A stretch of 64,000 bases of DNA. It comes from an uncultured Pelagibacteraceae bacterium (GTDB lineage: Bacteria > Pseudomonadota > Alphaproteobacteria > Pelagibacterales > Pelagibacteraceae). The position numbers were made by a program, and so were the translations under genes. How positions within the stretch are numbered: position 1 is the stretch's first letter; every line of letters begins with the position of its first letter. The stretch lies in assembly GCA_902567765.1 (NCBI GenBank), contig CACFNI010000001.1:8247-72246 (forward strand), given 5' to 3'. The notes under the pieces are model-generated. The model was not told the origin of the DNA. It did no database searches and was given only the letters and a program-made list of their open reading frames with translations. Below, one piece after another: positions 52,105-61,338 of the stretch.

Positions 52105-52659
52105 TTAGTTTTCTCCTTTTTTTTTAAATGGGAAATTCAATTTTGTTAATAGTTCGTGACTATGCTCTATAGATTTTGAATTAATAACTATAGTAATATC
52201 TAAACCTCTTATTTTATCTACCTTATCGAAATTAACTTCTGGGAATATTATATGTTCTTTAACTCCGAATGTGTAGTTTCCAAACTTATCAAAACCATTT
52301 GATGATAAACCTCTAAAATCTTTTATACGTGGCAATGCTATATTGACTAATCTATCTATAAATTCATACATCTTGTTTTTTCTCAAAGTAACTTTTAGAC
52401 CAGCATTTGTGCCTTTTCTTGTCTTAAAATTAGATATGGATTTTTTAAATTTTGTTAGAACTGGCTTTTGACCGCAAATATTGGCCAAATCTTCTTCACA
52501 AGATTTAATGATTTTAGAGTCATTACCGTCTAATCCTAAACCCATATTAATTACTACTTTTTCTAAATTTGGCGTCATATATAAATTTTTAAATCCAAAT
52601 TTTTCCTTTAATGAAGTTTGTATTTCTTTAAAATAAAGTTCTTTAAGTCTTGGAATCAT
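52105..52659 (-). CDS. rplE: 50S ribosomal protein L5
   Basis: [25 protein letters not shown]. Confidence 0.98.
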   Translation of the reverse strand: MIPRLKELYFKEIQTSLKEKFGFKNLYMTPNLEKVVINMGLGLDGNDSKIIKSCEEDLANICGQKPVLTKFKKSISNFKTRKGTNAGLKVTLRKNKMYEFIDRLVNIALPRIKDFRGLSSNGFDKFGNYTFGVKEHIIFPEVNFDKVDKIRGLDITIVINSKSIEHSHELLTKLNFPFKKKGEN

Positions 52660-52664
52660 AATGC

Positions 52665-52913
52665 TTATTTTTTAACCTCTTTTTTTTTACTTTTATTTGT
52701 TTCAATCATTATTGTTAAATTTGATAAATTAATAAAATTCTCTTTTGAAATAATTCCTCCCTTTTTTTCTTTTGTAGTTTTTACGTGTTTTTTTACCATA
52801 TTAATGCCTTTGACTTTTGCCCTATTATTAGCTCTATCGATTTCAATAACTTCTCCTTCTTTTCTTTTATCTTTTCCAGCTAAAATTTTTACTTTATTAC
52901 CTTTTTTAATCAT
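52665..52913 (-). CDS. rplX: 50S ribosomal protein L24 (short, 82 aa)
   Basis: KOW motif [27 protein letters not shown]. Confidence 0.95.
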   Translation of the reverse strand: MIKKGNKVKILAGKDKRKEGEVIEIDRANNRAKVKGINMVKKHVKTTKEKKGGIISKENFINLSNLTIMIETNKSKKKEVKK

Positions 52914-52915
52914 TT

Positions 52916-53284
52916 TTATAATACCTCTGGAGCTAGTGAAATAATTTTCATTTGCCCTCTGCTTCTTAATTCTCTTGTTACTGGACCAAAAATTCTTGTT
53001 CCAACAGGTTCTCCTTTTTCGTCAACTAATACAGCTGCATTATTATCAAACTTAACTTTGGAACCATCATCTCTGTGAATTCCTTTTTTAACTCTAACAA
53101 CAACAGCTTTGTGTACTGATCCCTTTTTAACTTTTCCTCTTGGTATAGCTTCTTTTACCGCAATGACAATTGTATCACCAATACCAGCATATCTTCTTTT
53201 AGACCCCCCTAAAACTTTAATACACTCAATTCTTTTTGCTCCAGTATTGTCAGCAACTAATAATTCAGTTTGTACTTGTATCAT
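52916..53284 (-). CDS. rplN: 50S ribosomal protein L14
   Basis: [30 protein letters not shown]. Confidence 0.99.
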   Translation of the reverse strand: MIQVQTELLVADNTGAKRIECIKVLGGSKRRYAGIGDTIVIAVKEAIPRGKVKKGSVHKAVVVRVKKGIHRDDGSKVKFDNNAAVLVDEKGEPVGTRIFGPVTRELRSRGQMKIISLAPEVL

Positions 53285-53517
53285 TTCGAGTCCTCCATTA
53301 CTTGAAATTTTTTATTTTTTGAAAATGGTTTGCTCTCAATGATAGAAACTTTGTCTCCGTTTTTAAATTTATTATTTTCATCATGGGCATTATATTTTTT
53401 TCTAACTTTTATTATTTTTTTTAAAATTGGATGTTGGTATTTTCTTTCAACCAGGACAGTTATTGTTTTATTAGGCTTATCACTTACTACTATTCCTGAT
53501 AATATTTTTTTAGGCAT
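53281..53517 (-). CDS. rpsQ: 30S ribosomal protein S17
   Basis: G.VVSDK..KT, HP, AHDE, PFSKNK. Confidence 0.97.
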   Translation of the reverse strand: MPKKILSGIVVSDKPNKTITVLVERKYQHPILKKIIKVRKKYNAHDENNKFKNGDKVSIIESKPFSKNKKFQVMEDSK

Positions 53518-53701
53518 TTAACTTTCCTTTCAAAAGTGTTTTCAGTCTTGCGATTGTTCTTTTAGTTTCGTTAATCTTAGCAGGATTTTCTATTTGAGAA
53601 TTTACTTTTTGAAATCTAAGATTAAATAAATCCTTTTTCATTTTATCCAAGTTTTTAAGCGCTTGTGCCTTAGTTAGTTTATTTAATTCTTTTTTTTTCA
53701 T
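53510..53701 (-). CDS. rpmC: 50S ribosomal protein L29
   Basis: LFNLRFQ, IARLKT; position between rplP and rpsQ. Confidence 0.95.
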   Translation of the reverse strand: MKKKELNKLTKAQALKNLDKMKKDLFNLRFQKVNSQIENPAKINETKRTIARLKTLLKGKLNA

Positions 53702-54111
53702 TACGATATTCTTTTAATAAATTTTGTTTTAATTGGAAGTTTTGCAGAAGCTTTATACAGTGCTTCTCTAGCTATTTGTTCTGAAACACCATCGATTTCA
53801 AAAAGAATTCTCCCAGGTTTGACTCTGCAAGCCCAAAATTCTGGAGACCCTTTACCTTTTCCCATTCTCACCTCTACTGGTTTTTTTGAAACAGGGATAT
53901 TTGGAAATATCCTTGTCCAAACTCTTCCTTGTCTCTTCATATGTCTTGTAAGTGCAACTCTTGCTGCTTCTATTTGCTTGCCAATAACTCTATCAGGTGA
54001 CATAGCCTTAAGTGCAAAAGCACCATAATTAATATAATTAGCTCTAGATGCATGGCCATGAATTCTGCCTTTATGTGCTTTTCTAAATTTTGATCTAGTT
54101 GGTTGTAACAT
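53701..54111 (-). CDS. rplP: 50S ribosomal protein L16
   Basis: MLQP...KFRK.HKG, QIEAAR, RMGKGKG. Confidence 0.99.
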   Translation of the reverse strand: MLQPTRSKFRKAHKGRIHGHASRANYINYGAFALKAMSPDRVIGKQIEAARVALTRHMKRQGRVWTRIFPNIPVSKKPVEVRMGKGKGSPEFWACRVKPGRILFEIDGVSEQIAREALYKASAKLPIKTKFIKRIS

Positions 54112-54113
54112 AA

Positions 54114-54773
54114 TTATTTTTTATTTGTTTCTTGACTAAACTCTTTGCTAAAAATTTCACCTTTATAAATCCAAACTTTTATTCCTATTATTCCATAGGT
54201 TGTTAATGCTTCGGATTCAGCATAATCAATATCAGCTCTTAGTGTGTGTGATGGTATACTACCCTCTCTCAACCACTCGGTCCTTGCTATTTCATTGCCA
54301 CCTAAACGTCCACTTATAGAAACTTTTATACCTTTAGCTCCTAACCTTAATGCAGATTGCATAGATCTTTTCATTGCTCTTCTGTAGGAAATTCTTTTTA
54401 CTAATTGTTGAGCTATATTTTCTGCAACTAAAAAACTATTTGTTTCAGGTTTTTTTACTTCTTTAATATTTAAATTGACTTCATTAGATGTAATTTTTGA
54501 TAGTTTTCCTTTAATTTTTTCAATGTCACTACCTTTTTTTCCAATAACAAATCCAGGTCTTGAAGTATAAATTGTTACAAAACATTTTTTTGAGGTCCTC
54601 TCAATCATAACTTTTGACACACCAGAATTAATTACATTTTTTTTTATGTAATCTCTTATTTTAAAATCTTCAATTAGATAATTTCCAAAATCTTTCTTTT
54701 TTGCATACCAAACAGAGTCCCAACCTCTATTTATGCCTAATCTTAAACCAACTGGATTAACTTTTTGACCCAT
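54114..54773 (-). CDS. rpsC: 30S ribosomal protein S3
   Basis: [40 protein letters not shown]. Confidence 0.99.
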   Translation of the reverse strand: MGQKVNPVGLRLGINRGWDSVWYAKKKDFGNYLIEDFKIRDYIKKNVINSGVSKVMIERTSKKCFVTIYTSRPGFVIGKKGSDIEKIKGKLSKITSNEVNLNIKEVKKPETNSFLVAENIAQQLVKRISYRRAMKRSMQSALRLGAKGIKVSISGRLGGNEIARTEWLREGSIPSHTLRADIDYAESEALTTYGIIGIKVWIYKGEIFSKEFSQETNKK

Positions 54774-55155
54774 GACTCTCCATTTTTTTTAGTTCTGATA
54801 AAATTATCGTAACATTTGAATAAGGTTTTAAGATTGGAGCTGCACGACCTTTTGCTCTAGCTCTAAATCTTTTCATTATAACTTGCTTTCCACAATAAGC
54901 CTCTTTAACAACTAATTTATCAATATCATACTGATAGTTGTTTTCTGCATTAGCAACTGCAGAGGAAATCGTTTTTTTAATATCTTTAGATATTCTTTTT
55001 TCAGAAAATGTTAAGTCCCTCATTGCTGTCTCAACTTTTTTTCCCACAATACCTCTTAATATAGGATTTAATTTCCTTACACTAGATCTAACGTTTTTAT
55101 TAATTGATTTTACAGTCTTTTCTTTCAAATCTTTATTTTTTTTAATTTTTTTCAT
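54757..55155 (-). CDS. rplV: 50S ribosomal protein L22
   Basis: [24 protein letters not shown]. Confidence 0.97.
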   Translation of the reverse strand: MKKIKKNKDLKEKTVKSINKNVRSSVRKLNPILRGIVGKKVETAMRDLTFSEKRISKDIKKTISSAVANAENNYQYDIDKLVVKEAYCGKQVIMKRFRARAKGRAAPILKPYSNVTIILSELKKMESHGSKS

Positions 55156-55466
55156 TACTTTTTCTCATCCTTAGATTCAGAGCCTGCCTCTTTAGCGGCT
55201 TTTTTATCTGCTGGTGTGTGACCTGCAAAAGTTCTAGTGGGTGCAAATTCTCCTAATTTGTGACCTACCATATCCTCTGAAATTGTAAGTGGTATAAATT
55301 TTTTTCCATTATAAATCAGAAAACTACAGCCTATAAAATCTGGTATTATTGTTGATTTTCTTGACCAGGTCTTAATTGGTTTTTTATTTGAGTCCTTTTT
55401 TTGTATATCAACCTTTTTGATCAGACTTTCTTCTACAAATGGTCCTTTCCAAACTGATCTTGCCAT
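55155..55466 (-). CDS. rpsS: 30S ribosomal protein S19
   Basis: [29 protein letters not shown]. Confidence 0.99.
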   Translation of the reverse strand: MARSVWKGPFVEESLIKKVDIQKKDSNKKPIKTWSRKSTIIPDFIGCSFLIYNGKKFIPLTISEDMVGHKLGEFAPTRTFAGHTPADKKAAKEAGSESKDEKK

Positions 55467-55476
55467 AAATTATCCC

Positions 55477-56310
55477 TTAATCTTTTTTCTTCTTTCTTCT
55501 TCTAATTATATATTTGTCTGTTCTTTTATTATCTCTTGTTTTCAAACCTTTTGCTGATTGACCTGATCTAGATACAGGATGTCTACCGCCCGCACTTTTA
55601 CCTTCACCTCCTCCATGAGGGTGATCAACTGGATTCATAACAACTCCTCTAGTATGGGGTCTTCTTCCAAGCCATCTTGATCTTCCAGCCTTGCCTATTT
55701 TAATATTTTTTTGATCTGGATTAGATAAAACTCCTATTGTAGCTAATGATCTTGAATCTATTTTTCTTACCTCGCCTGAAGACATTTTTATTAAAGAATA
55801 ATTTCCATCAATACCAGAAATTACGACAGATGTTCCTGCTGATCTTGCTATTTTTCCACCGGAACCAGGCTGTAGTTCAACGTTATGAATATTTATGCCT
55901 ACTGGAATATCTTGTAGTGGCATACAATTTCCTATTTTTATCTCTTTTTTATTTCCATTAATAATTTTATCACCTACTTTAATTTTTTGTGGAGCTAAAT
56001 AATATTTAAATACTCCATCATCAAATTTTACTAACATAATGTAACATGATCTATTTGGATCATACTCTATTCTTTCAACTGTAGCCTCCACATCAAATTT
56101 TTTTCTGTAAAAATCAATTTCCCTATACATTTGTTTGTGACCACCCGCTCTATTCCTTGATGTTATACGTCCGTAATTATTTCTACCTTTTCTAGGATTT
56201 TTTGGAGAGACTAATGACTTGAAGGGCTTTCCTTTCCATAGACCTGTTCTATCTATGAGGATTGTTCCTCTAGTTGATTTTGTATATGGTTTAAATGTTT
56301 TTAATGCCAT
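55477..56310 (-). CDS. rplB: 50S ribosomal protein L2
   Basis: GRNN.GRIT, IEYDPNRS, RGVVMNPVDHPHGGGEG. Confidence 0.99.
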   Translation of the reverse strand: MALKTFKPYTKSTRGTILIDRTGLWKGKPFKSLVSPKNPRKGRNNYGRITSRNRAGGHKQMYREIDFYRKKFDVEATVERIEYDPNRSCYIMLVKFDDGVFKYYLAPQKIKVGDKIINGNKKEIKIGNCMPLQDIPVGINIHNVELQPGSGGKIARSAGTSVVISGIDGNYSLIKMSSGEVRKIDSRSLATIGVLSNPDQKNIKIGKAGRSRWLGRRPHTRGVVMNPVDHPHGGGEGKSAGGRHPVSRSGQSAKGLKTRDNKRTDKYIIRRRKKKKD

Positions 56311-56312
56311 AA

Positions 56313-56606
56313 TTAAATACCCGATGTAAGATCAATACTTTGACCTTTTTTTAAAGTTATGATTGCTTTTTTGTAGCCTTGTATTTTTACTTTTCTGCCT
56401 CTTGTTAATTTTCTTCTATTTTGTTTATTAATTATATTAACTTTAACAACATTAACTTTGAAAATTTTTTCAATATTTTTTTTTAATGATTTTTTATTAG
56501 CTTTACTTGGAACTTTAAAAACTATCTTATTTTGTTCTGATAAGGAAGTTGATTTTTCAGTAACAAAAGGTGAATAAATTTTGTCGTATAAATGAATTTT
56601 TTGCAT
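56313..56606 (-). CDS. rplW: 50S ribosomal protein L23
   Basis: P.VTEKS, IEKIFKV.V, KKAIITL. Confidence 0.97.
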   Translation of the reverse strand: MQKIHLYDKIYSPFVTEKSTSLSEQNKIVFKVPSKANKKSLKKNIEKIFKVNVVKVNIINKQNRRKLTRGRKVKIQGYKKAIITLKKGQSIDLTSGI

Positions 56607-56607
56607 T

Positions 56608-57231
56608 TTATGAATATCTCTTTTCTAGCTCTTTGACTGAACTCTCGGTAAAAACGACTTTTTTAAATTTAACAATATCGAAAGCGCTAAAGTGATTTAC
56701 ATCTGTCACTTTAACTGATGGTATATTTCTTGTAGCCTTAAATATTTTATCTTTTGATTTTTTATCTAAAATAATGAGTGAATTATTAATTTCAAATTTA
56801 TTTATTATTTTATTCATTTCTTTAGTTTTTTTTATCTCATCACCAAAATCACTGAAAATAACTAAGTTGTTTAATTTTTTTTTTTCAGTAATTAAAGATG
56901 CAATGCTTAATCTTTTTTCATTTTTTGTTAATTTTCTCTTCTTATACGATAATTGGCCTTTGGGACCATGCGCAACACCACCACCGACAAATATAGGTGC
57001 TTTTCTACTTGCGTGTCTAGCATTACCTGTTCCTTTCTGAGCATATATTTTTGAAGTTGATCCTTTTATTTCGTTTTGTTGTTTAGTTTTTGCTCGTCTA
57101 CCCTTGTAATTTGCATTGGCTTTATACAAAACATTATTGACTAAATTTTTGTTTATATTTCCTGAAAAAATTTTATCTAAAACTTCAATTGAAGTTTTTT
57201 TACCATCTAAATTTAATTTTTCTATTTTCAT
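56608..57231 (-). CDS. rplD: 50S ribosomal protein L4
   Basis: QKGTGNARH, GGGVAHGPK. Confidence 0.98.
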   Translation of the reverse strand: MKIEKLNLDGKKTSIEVLDKIFSGNINKNLVNNVLYKANANYKGRRAKTKQQNEIKGSTSKIYAQKGTGNARHASRKAPIFVGGGVAHGPKGQLSYKKRKLTKNEKRLSIASLITEKKKLNNLVIFSDFGDEIKKTKEMNKIINKFEINNSLIILDKKSKDKIFKATRNIPSVKVTDVNHFSAFDIVKFKKVVFTESSVKELEKRYS

Positions 57232-57232
57232 A

Positions 57233-57943
57233 TTATTTTTTCTTTTTGTCTGGGATTTTTTTTGCTTTTTCTACTACCTCAATTTTTTCTGAAATTGTTA
57301 ATTTTTTAATATTTTTTGCTGATTTTTTAACCAATACCTCTACATTTTTTGATCCTGGAATTGATCCTTTTAAATATAACAGATTATTTTCTAAATCAGA
57401 TTTAACAATTTCTATATTTTGAATAGTTCTTAGTTTATTACCCATATGTCCAGCCATTTTTTTATTTTTGAAAACTTTACCAGGATCCTGTCTTTGACCT
57501 GTAGATCCATGTGATCTGTGTGAAACTGATACTCCGTGTGTGGCTCTAAGCCCAGAAAAATTGTGCCTTTTCATTGCTCCTGCAAAACCCTTTCCAATAG
57601 TCTTAGATCTAATATCTACAAACTTCACTTCCTTAAAAATTTCTAATCCAAATTCATTACCTTCTTTAAAATTCTCAGTGCTTGTTACTCTAAACTCTTT
57701 TAATATCTTTTTTGGCTCTGTATTCTTTTTATTATAAAAACCCTTCATCGCCTTAGTAAGTTTTGAATTTTTTATTTTTCCATAGCCAAGTTGTACTGCG
57801 TTGTATCCACGTTTTTCTTTATTAATTACTTGTATTACTCTTGCTTTTTCCATTTTAACCACAGTCACAGGTACTGATTGTCCAGATTTAAAAAATTCTC
57901 TAGTCATACCTATCTTTTTTCCTATAAGAGCAAGTTCAGTCAT
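57233..57943 (-). CDS. rplC: 50S ribosomal protein L3
   Basis: [44 protein letters not shown]. Confidence 0.99.
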   Translation of the reverse strand: MTELALIGKKIGMTREFFKSGQSVPVTVVKMEKARVIQVINKEKRGYNAVQLGYGKIKNSKLTKAMKGFYNKKNTEPKKILKEFRVTSTENFKEGNEFGLEIFKEVKFVDIRSKTIGKGFAGAMKRHNFSGLRATHGVSVSHRSHGSTGQRQDPGKVFKNKKMAGHMGNKLRTIQNIEIVKSDLENNLLYLKGSIPGSKNVEVLVKKSAKNIKKLTISEKIEVVEKAKKIPDKKKK

Positions 57944-57945
57944 AA

Positions 57946-58254
57946 TTATATTTTTATCTCTACATCTACACCAGAAGCTAAATCTAATTTCATAAGTGCT
58001 TCTACTGTTTGGGGTGTTGGTTCAATTATATCAATCAATCTTTTGTGTGTTCTTGTTTCAAATTGCTCTCTACTCTTTTTATCTATATGTGGCGATCTTA
58101 AAACAGTAAATCTTTCAATTCTCGTTGGTAAAGGAATTGGTCCCTTTACATTTGCACCTGTTCTTTTAACAGTATTTACTATTTCTTCCGTAGACTGATC
58201 TAAAATTTTATTATCGTACGCTCTTAACTTTATTCTAATATTTTGCTTTTCCAT
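57946..58254 (-). CDS. rpsJ: 30S ribosomal protein S10
   Basis: [28 protein letters not shown]. Confidence 0.99.
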   Translation of the reverse strand: MEKQNIRIKLRAYDNKILDQSTEEIVNTVKRTGANVKGPIPLPTRIERFTVLRSPHIDKKSREQFETRTHKRLIDIIEPTPQTVEALMKLDLASGVDVEIKI

Positions 58255-58256
58255 AA

Positions 58257-60332
58257 TTAACCTGTTTTCTTTGTAACTTCGTCTTGAACGTTTTGAGGTA
58301 CTTTTGAGTAATGATCAAAAAACATTGAGTATTGAGCTCTGCCTTGTGACATCGATCTTAAATTATTTATATACCCAAACATATTAGCTAAAGGGACCAT
58401 GGCTGTTATAACTGTAGCGTTACCTCTTTGGTCTTGAGTATTTATTTGTCCTCTTCTACTATTTAGATCACCAATAACATCTCCCATATAATCTTCAGGT
58501 GTTACAACTTCAACTCTCATTACTGGCTCTAAAAGTTTTAAAGTTCCTCTTGTACACGCCTCTTTAAAACATTGTCTTGAAGCTAACTCAAAAGCTAAAA
58601 CACTTGAGTCAACATCATGATGTAAGCCATCAAGAATTGTTACTTTATAATCAATTATTGGAAAGCCAGCTAATATTCCTGTATCAGAAACTGTTTCAAT
58701 TCCTTTTTCCACACCAGGTATAAATTCTTTAGGTATAGCTCCACCCTTTATTTTGCTTTCTACTTGTCTTCCTGCTCCCGGTTCTAATGGTTCAACAGAT
58801 AATTTAACTCTAGCAAATTGACCAGCTCCACCACTTTGTTTTTTATGGGTATAATCAAATTCTGATAAACTTTGAATGGTTTCTCTATATGCAACTTGTG
58901 GAGCTCCAACGTTTGCTTCAACTTTAAATTCTCTTTTCATTCTATCCACAATGATATCTAAGTGTAACTCTCCCATTCCTTTAATTATAGTTTGTCCAGA
59001 CTCTTCATCAGAGGTTACTCTGAAAGACGGGTCTTCTTTAGCTAATCTTCCCAAAGCTTCTCCCATTTTTTCTTGGTCTGCCTTTGTCTTTGGTTCAACT
59101 GCAATCTCAATAACTGGATCAGGAAACTCCATTGGTTCAAGTAAAACAGGATTATCCTCATCTGCCAAAGTATGTCCTGTTATAGTATGCTTAAGTCCAG
59201 CAAGAGCAACTATATCACCTGTATTGGCTTCCTTTATATCTTCTCTAGAGTTTGCATGCATTAAAAGCATTCTGCCAACTCTTTCTTCTTTATCTTTCGA
59301 TGTATTATAAATTCCAGTACCAGCTTTAATAGTTCCTGAATAAATTCTGATAAAAGTTAATGATCCAACAAATGGATCGTTAGCGACTTTAAAAGCTAAT
59401 GCAGAAAAAGGAGCATTATCTTCAAACTTCATGACTAATTCTTCCTCTGAGCCAGGCTTAGTTCCTTTAATAGACCCTATATCTTCTGGACTTGGAAGAT
59501 AATCGACAACTGCATCTAAAAGTGGCTGAACACCTTTATTTTTAAATGCCGAACCAGTTAAGACAGGAACAAAATCAAAATTTAAACACCCTTTTCTTAT
59601 GCATTTAATTAAATCTGCCTCTTTGATTTCTTCTCCATTAAGATAACTCTCCATTAATTTTTCATCTTGTTCGACAGCCGTTTCTACTAATTCTTGTCTA
59701 TATTTTTTTGTAATCTCCTTTAAATCGTCTGGTATGTCTTTTATTTCAAATTCAGCACCTAATGTTTCGTCTTTCCAAATTACTGCTTTCATTTTAACTA
59801 AATCAACTATTCCTTGAAGTGAAGATTCAATACCAACAGGAATTTGCATTACTAGTGGTTTTGCCCCGAGTCTATCTTTAATCATCTCAACACATCTAAA
59901 AAAATCTGCTCCAGTTCTATCTAATTTATTAACAAAACAAATTCTTGGAACTTTGTATTTATCCGCTTGTCTCCACACAGTTTCTGATTGTGGTTCTACT
60001 CCAGCTACACCATCAAATACAGCAACCGCACCATCAAGAACTTTTAGTGATCTTTCAACTTCAATTGTAAAATCAACATGACCAGGTGTATCTATAATAT
60101 TAATTCTATGATCTCTCCAAAAACAGGTTGTTGCAGCAGAAGTTATTGTTATTCCTCTTTCTTGTTCTTGTTCCATCCAATCCATTGTTGCAGCTCCATC
60201 GTGTACCTCACCTATTTTATGACTTTTTCCTGTATAGTATAAAACTCTTTCGGTTGTTGTAGTTTTGCCTGCATCAATGTGTGCCATGATCCCAATGTTT
60301 CTATACTTATTTAATTTATGAGTTCTTGGCAT
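58257..60332 (-). CDS. fusA: Elongation factor G
   Basis: [38 protein letters not shown]. Confidence 0.99.
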   Translation of the reverse strand: MPRTHKLNKYRNIGIMAHIDAGKTTTTERVLYYTGKSHKIGEVHDGAATMDWMEQEQERGITITSAATTCFWRDHRINIIDTPGHVDFTIEVERSLKVLDGAVAVFDGVAGVEPQSETVWRQADKYKVPRICFVNKLDRTGADFFRCVEMIKDRLGAKPLVMQIPVGIESSLQGIVDLVKMKAVIWKDETLGAEFEIKDIPDDLKEITKKYRQELVETAVEQDEKLMESYLNGEEIKEADLIKCIRKGCLNFDFVPVLTGSAFKNKGVQPLLDAVVDYLPSPEDIGSIKGTKPGSEEELVMKFEDNAPFSALAFKVANDPFVGSLTFIRIYSGTIKAGTGIYNTSKDKEERVGRMLLMHANSREDIKEANTGDIVALAGLKHTITGHTLADEDNPVLLEPMEFPDPVIEIAVEPKTKADQEKMGEALGRLAKEDPSFRVTSDEESGQTIIKGMGELHLDIIVDRMKREFKVEANVGAPQVAYRETIQSLSEFDYTHKKQSGGAGQFARVKLSVEPLEPGAGRQVESKIKGGAIPKEFIPGVEKGIETVSDTGILAGFPIIDYKVTILDGLHHDVDSSVLAFELASRQCFKEACTRGTLKLLEPVMRVEVVTPEDYMGDVIGDLNSRRGQINTQDQRGNATVITAMVPLANMFGYINNLRSMSQGRAQYSMFFDHYSKVPQNVQDEVTKKTG

Positions 60333-60338
60333 AATTTC

Positions 60339-60809
60339 TTACCATCTGAAATGAGCAAAAGCCTTATTCGACTCTGCCATTTTATGGGTATCCTCTTTTT
60401 TTTTGATTGCTGATCCTTTATTTTGATAGGCATCATAAATTTCATTAAATATTTTATCTGACATCTTCTTATCTTTTCGTTTTCTTGATGCATCTATCAA
60501 CCATCTTAAAGCGAGCGCTTGTGATCTTTTTGATTTTACCTCTACTGGTACTTGGTAAGTTGCTCCACCAACTCTTCTAGATCTTACTTCTACTGTTGGT
60601 TTAATATTATTTATAGCTTCATTAAAAACATTGATTGGTTCTTCTTTAACTTTTGATTTAATTTTATCAATTGCATCATAGACTATTTTTTCAGCAATAG
60701 TTTTTTTTCCATCGTACATAATAGAATTTACTAGCTTAGGAATTATTGATGATTTATAAACTGGATCTATTACTTGAATTTTTTTTGGAGCTCTTTTTTT
60801 TCTAGACAT
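60339..60809 (-). CDS. rpsG: 30S ribosomal protein S7
   Basis: DGKK..AE, RRVGGATYQVP, AESNKAFAHFRW. Confidence 0.99.
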   Translation of the reverse strand: MSRKKRAPKKIQVIDPVYKSSIIPKLVNSIMYDGKKTIAEKIVYDAIDKIKSKVKEEPINVFNEAINNIKPTVEVRSRRVGGATYQVPVEVKSKRSQALALRWLIDASRKRKDKKMSDKIFNEIYDAYQNKGSAIKKKEDTHKMAESNKAFAHFRW

Positions 60810-60811
60810 AT

Positions 60812-61183
60812 TTATTTACCCTTTTTTGCTCCATATTTTGAACGTTGTTGTTTTCTAGCAGTTACTCCTTGAGTATCTAAATTACCTCTAAGAATATGAT
60901 ATCTTACGCCTGGTAAATCTTTTACCCTACCTCCCCTAATTAATACAACAGAGTGTTCTTGCAAATTGTGTCCTTCTCCTGGTATGTATGAAGTTACCTC
61001 ATGTCCATTTGACAATCTTACTCTTGCGACCTTTCTTAGTGCAGAATTTGGTTTTTTTGGTGTTGTCGTATAAACTTTTACACACACTCCTCTTTTTTGT
61101 GGTGATTTTTCTAAAGCAGGAACTTTATCCCTAGATTTTACTTTGGTTCTTTTTTTTCTTAACAATTGGTTAATCGTTGGCAT
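60812..61183 (-). CDS. rpsL: 30S ribosomal protein S12
   Basis: MPTINQL start at ATG 61183, [21 protein letters not shown]. Confidence 0.99.
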   Translation of the reverse strand: MPTINQLLRKKRTKVKSRDKVPALEKSPQKRGVCVKVYTTTPKKPNSALRKVARVRLSNGHEVTSYIPGEGHNLQEHSVVLIRGGRVKDLPGVRYHILRGNLDTQGVTARKQQRSKYGAKKGK

Positions 61184-61281
61184 ATTTTTTATAATTAGTT
61201 TTATTTTTGATGAAATAACTGACAGGTTATTTATGGCAGCGTTTAGTACTAAAGTACTACATTCCAACCAAAAACATCGCC
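61184..61281 (-). ncRNA. Putative structured rpsL 5' leader (ribosomal-protein autoregulatory element)
   Basis: About 100-nt leader with hairpins TAGTAC-TTTA-GTACTA (61244-61259) and AAATAAC-CTGTCA-GTTATTT (61213-61232). An rpsL leader motif is known from Pelagibacter/Rickettsiales; I have not tested the match. Confidence 0.6.
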
Positions 61282-61309
61282 AAAATACTATAGAATTTCA
61301 CTTTGTCAA
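61282..61309 (-). promoter_or_regulatory. Putative rpsL (str) promoter
   Basis: Minus strand TTGACA-N16-TATTTT followed by GGCG. Confidence 0.55.
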
Positions 61310-61338
61310 TTTAAAATGACGATCAAAATGTCTTATTT

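Noticed and set aside
61184-61267. 28-aa N-terminal extension of S12 in the ORF track
   Set aside because: The conserved S12 start MPTINQL is at 61183 and the upstream part overlaps the structured leader. Similar over-extended starts were trimmed for nusB, ribD, hemB, slt, gatA, ruvX, pyrC, panC and rpsE.
61310-61338. Intrinsic terminator after rpoC
   Set aside because: Only a weak GAC/GTC stem with a large loop; too unstable to call.
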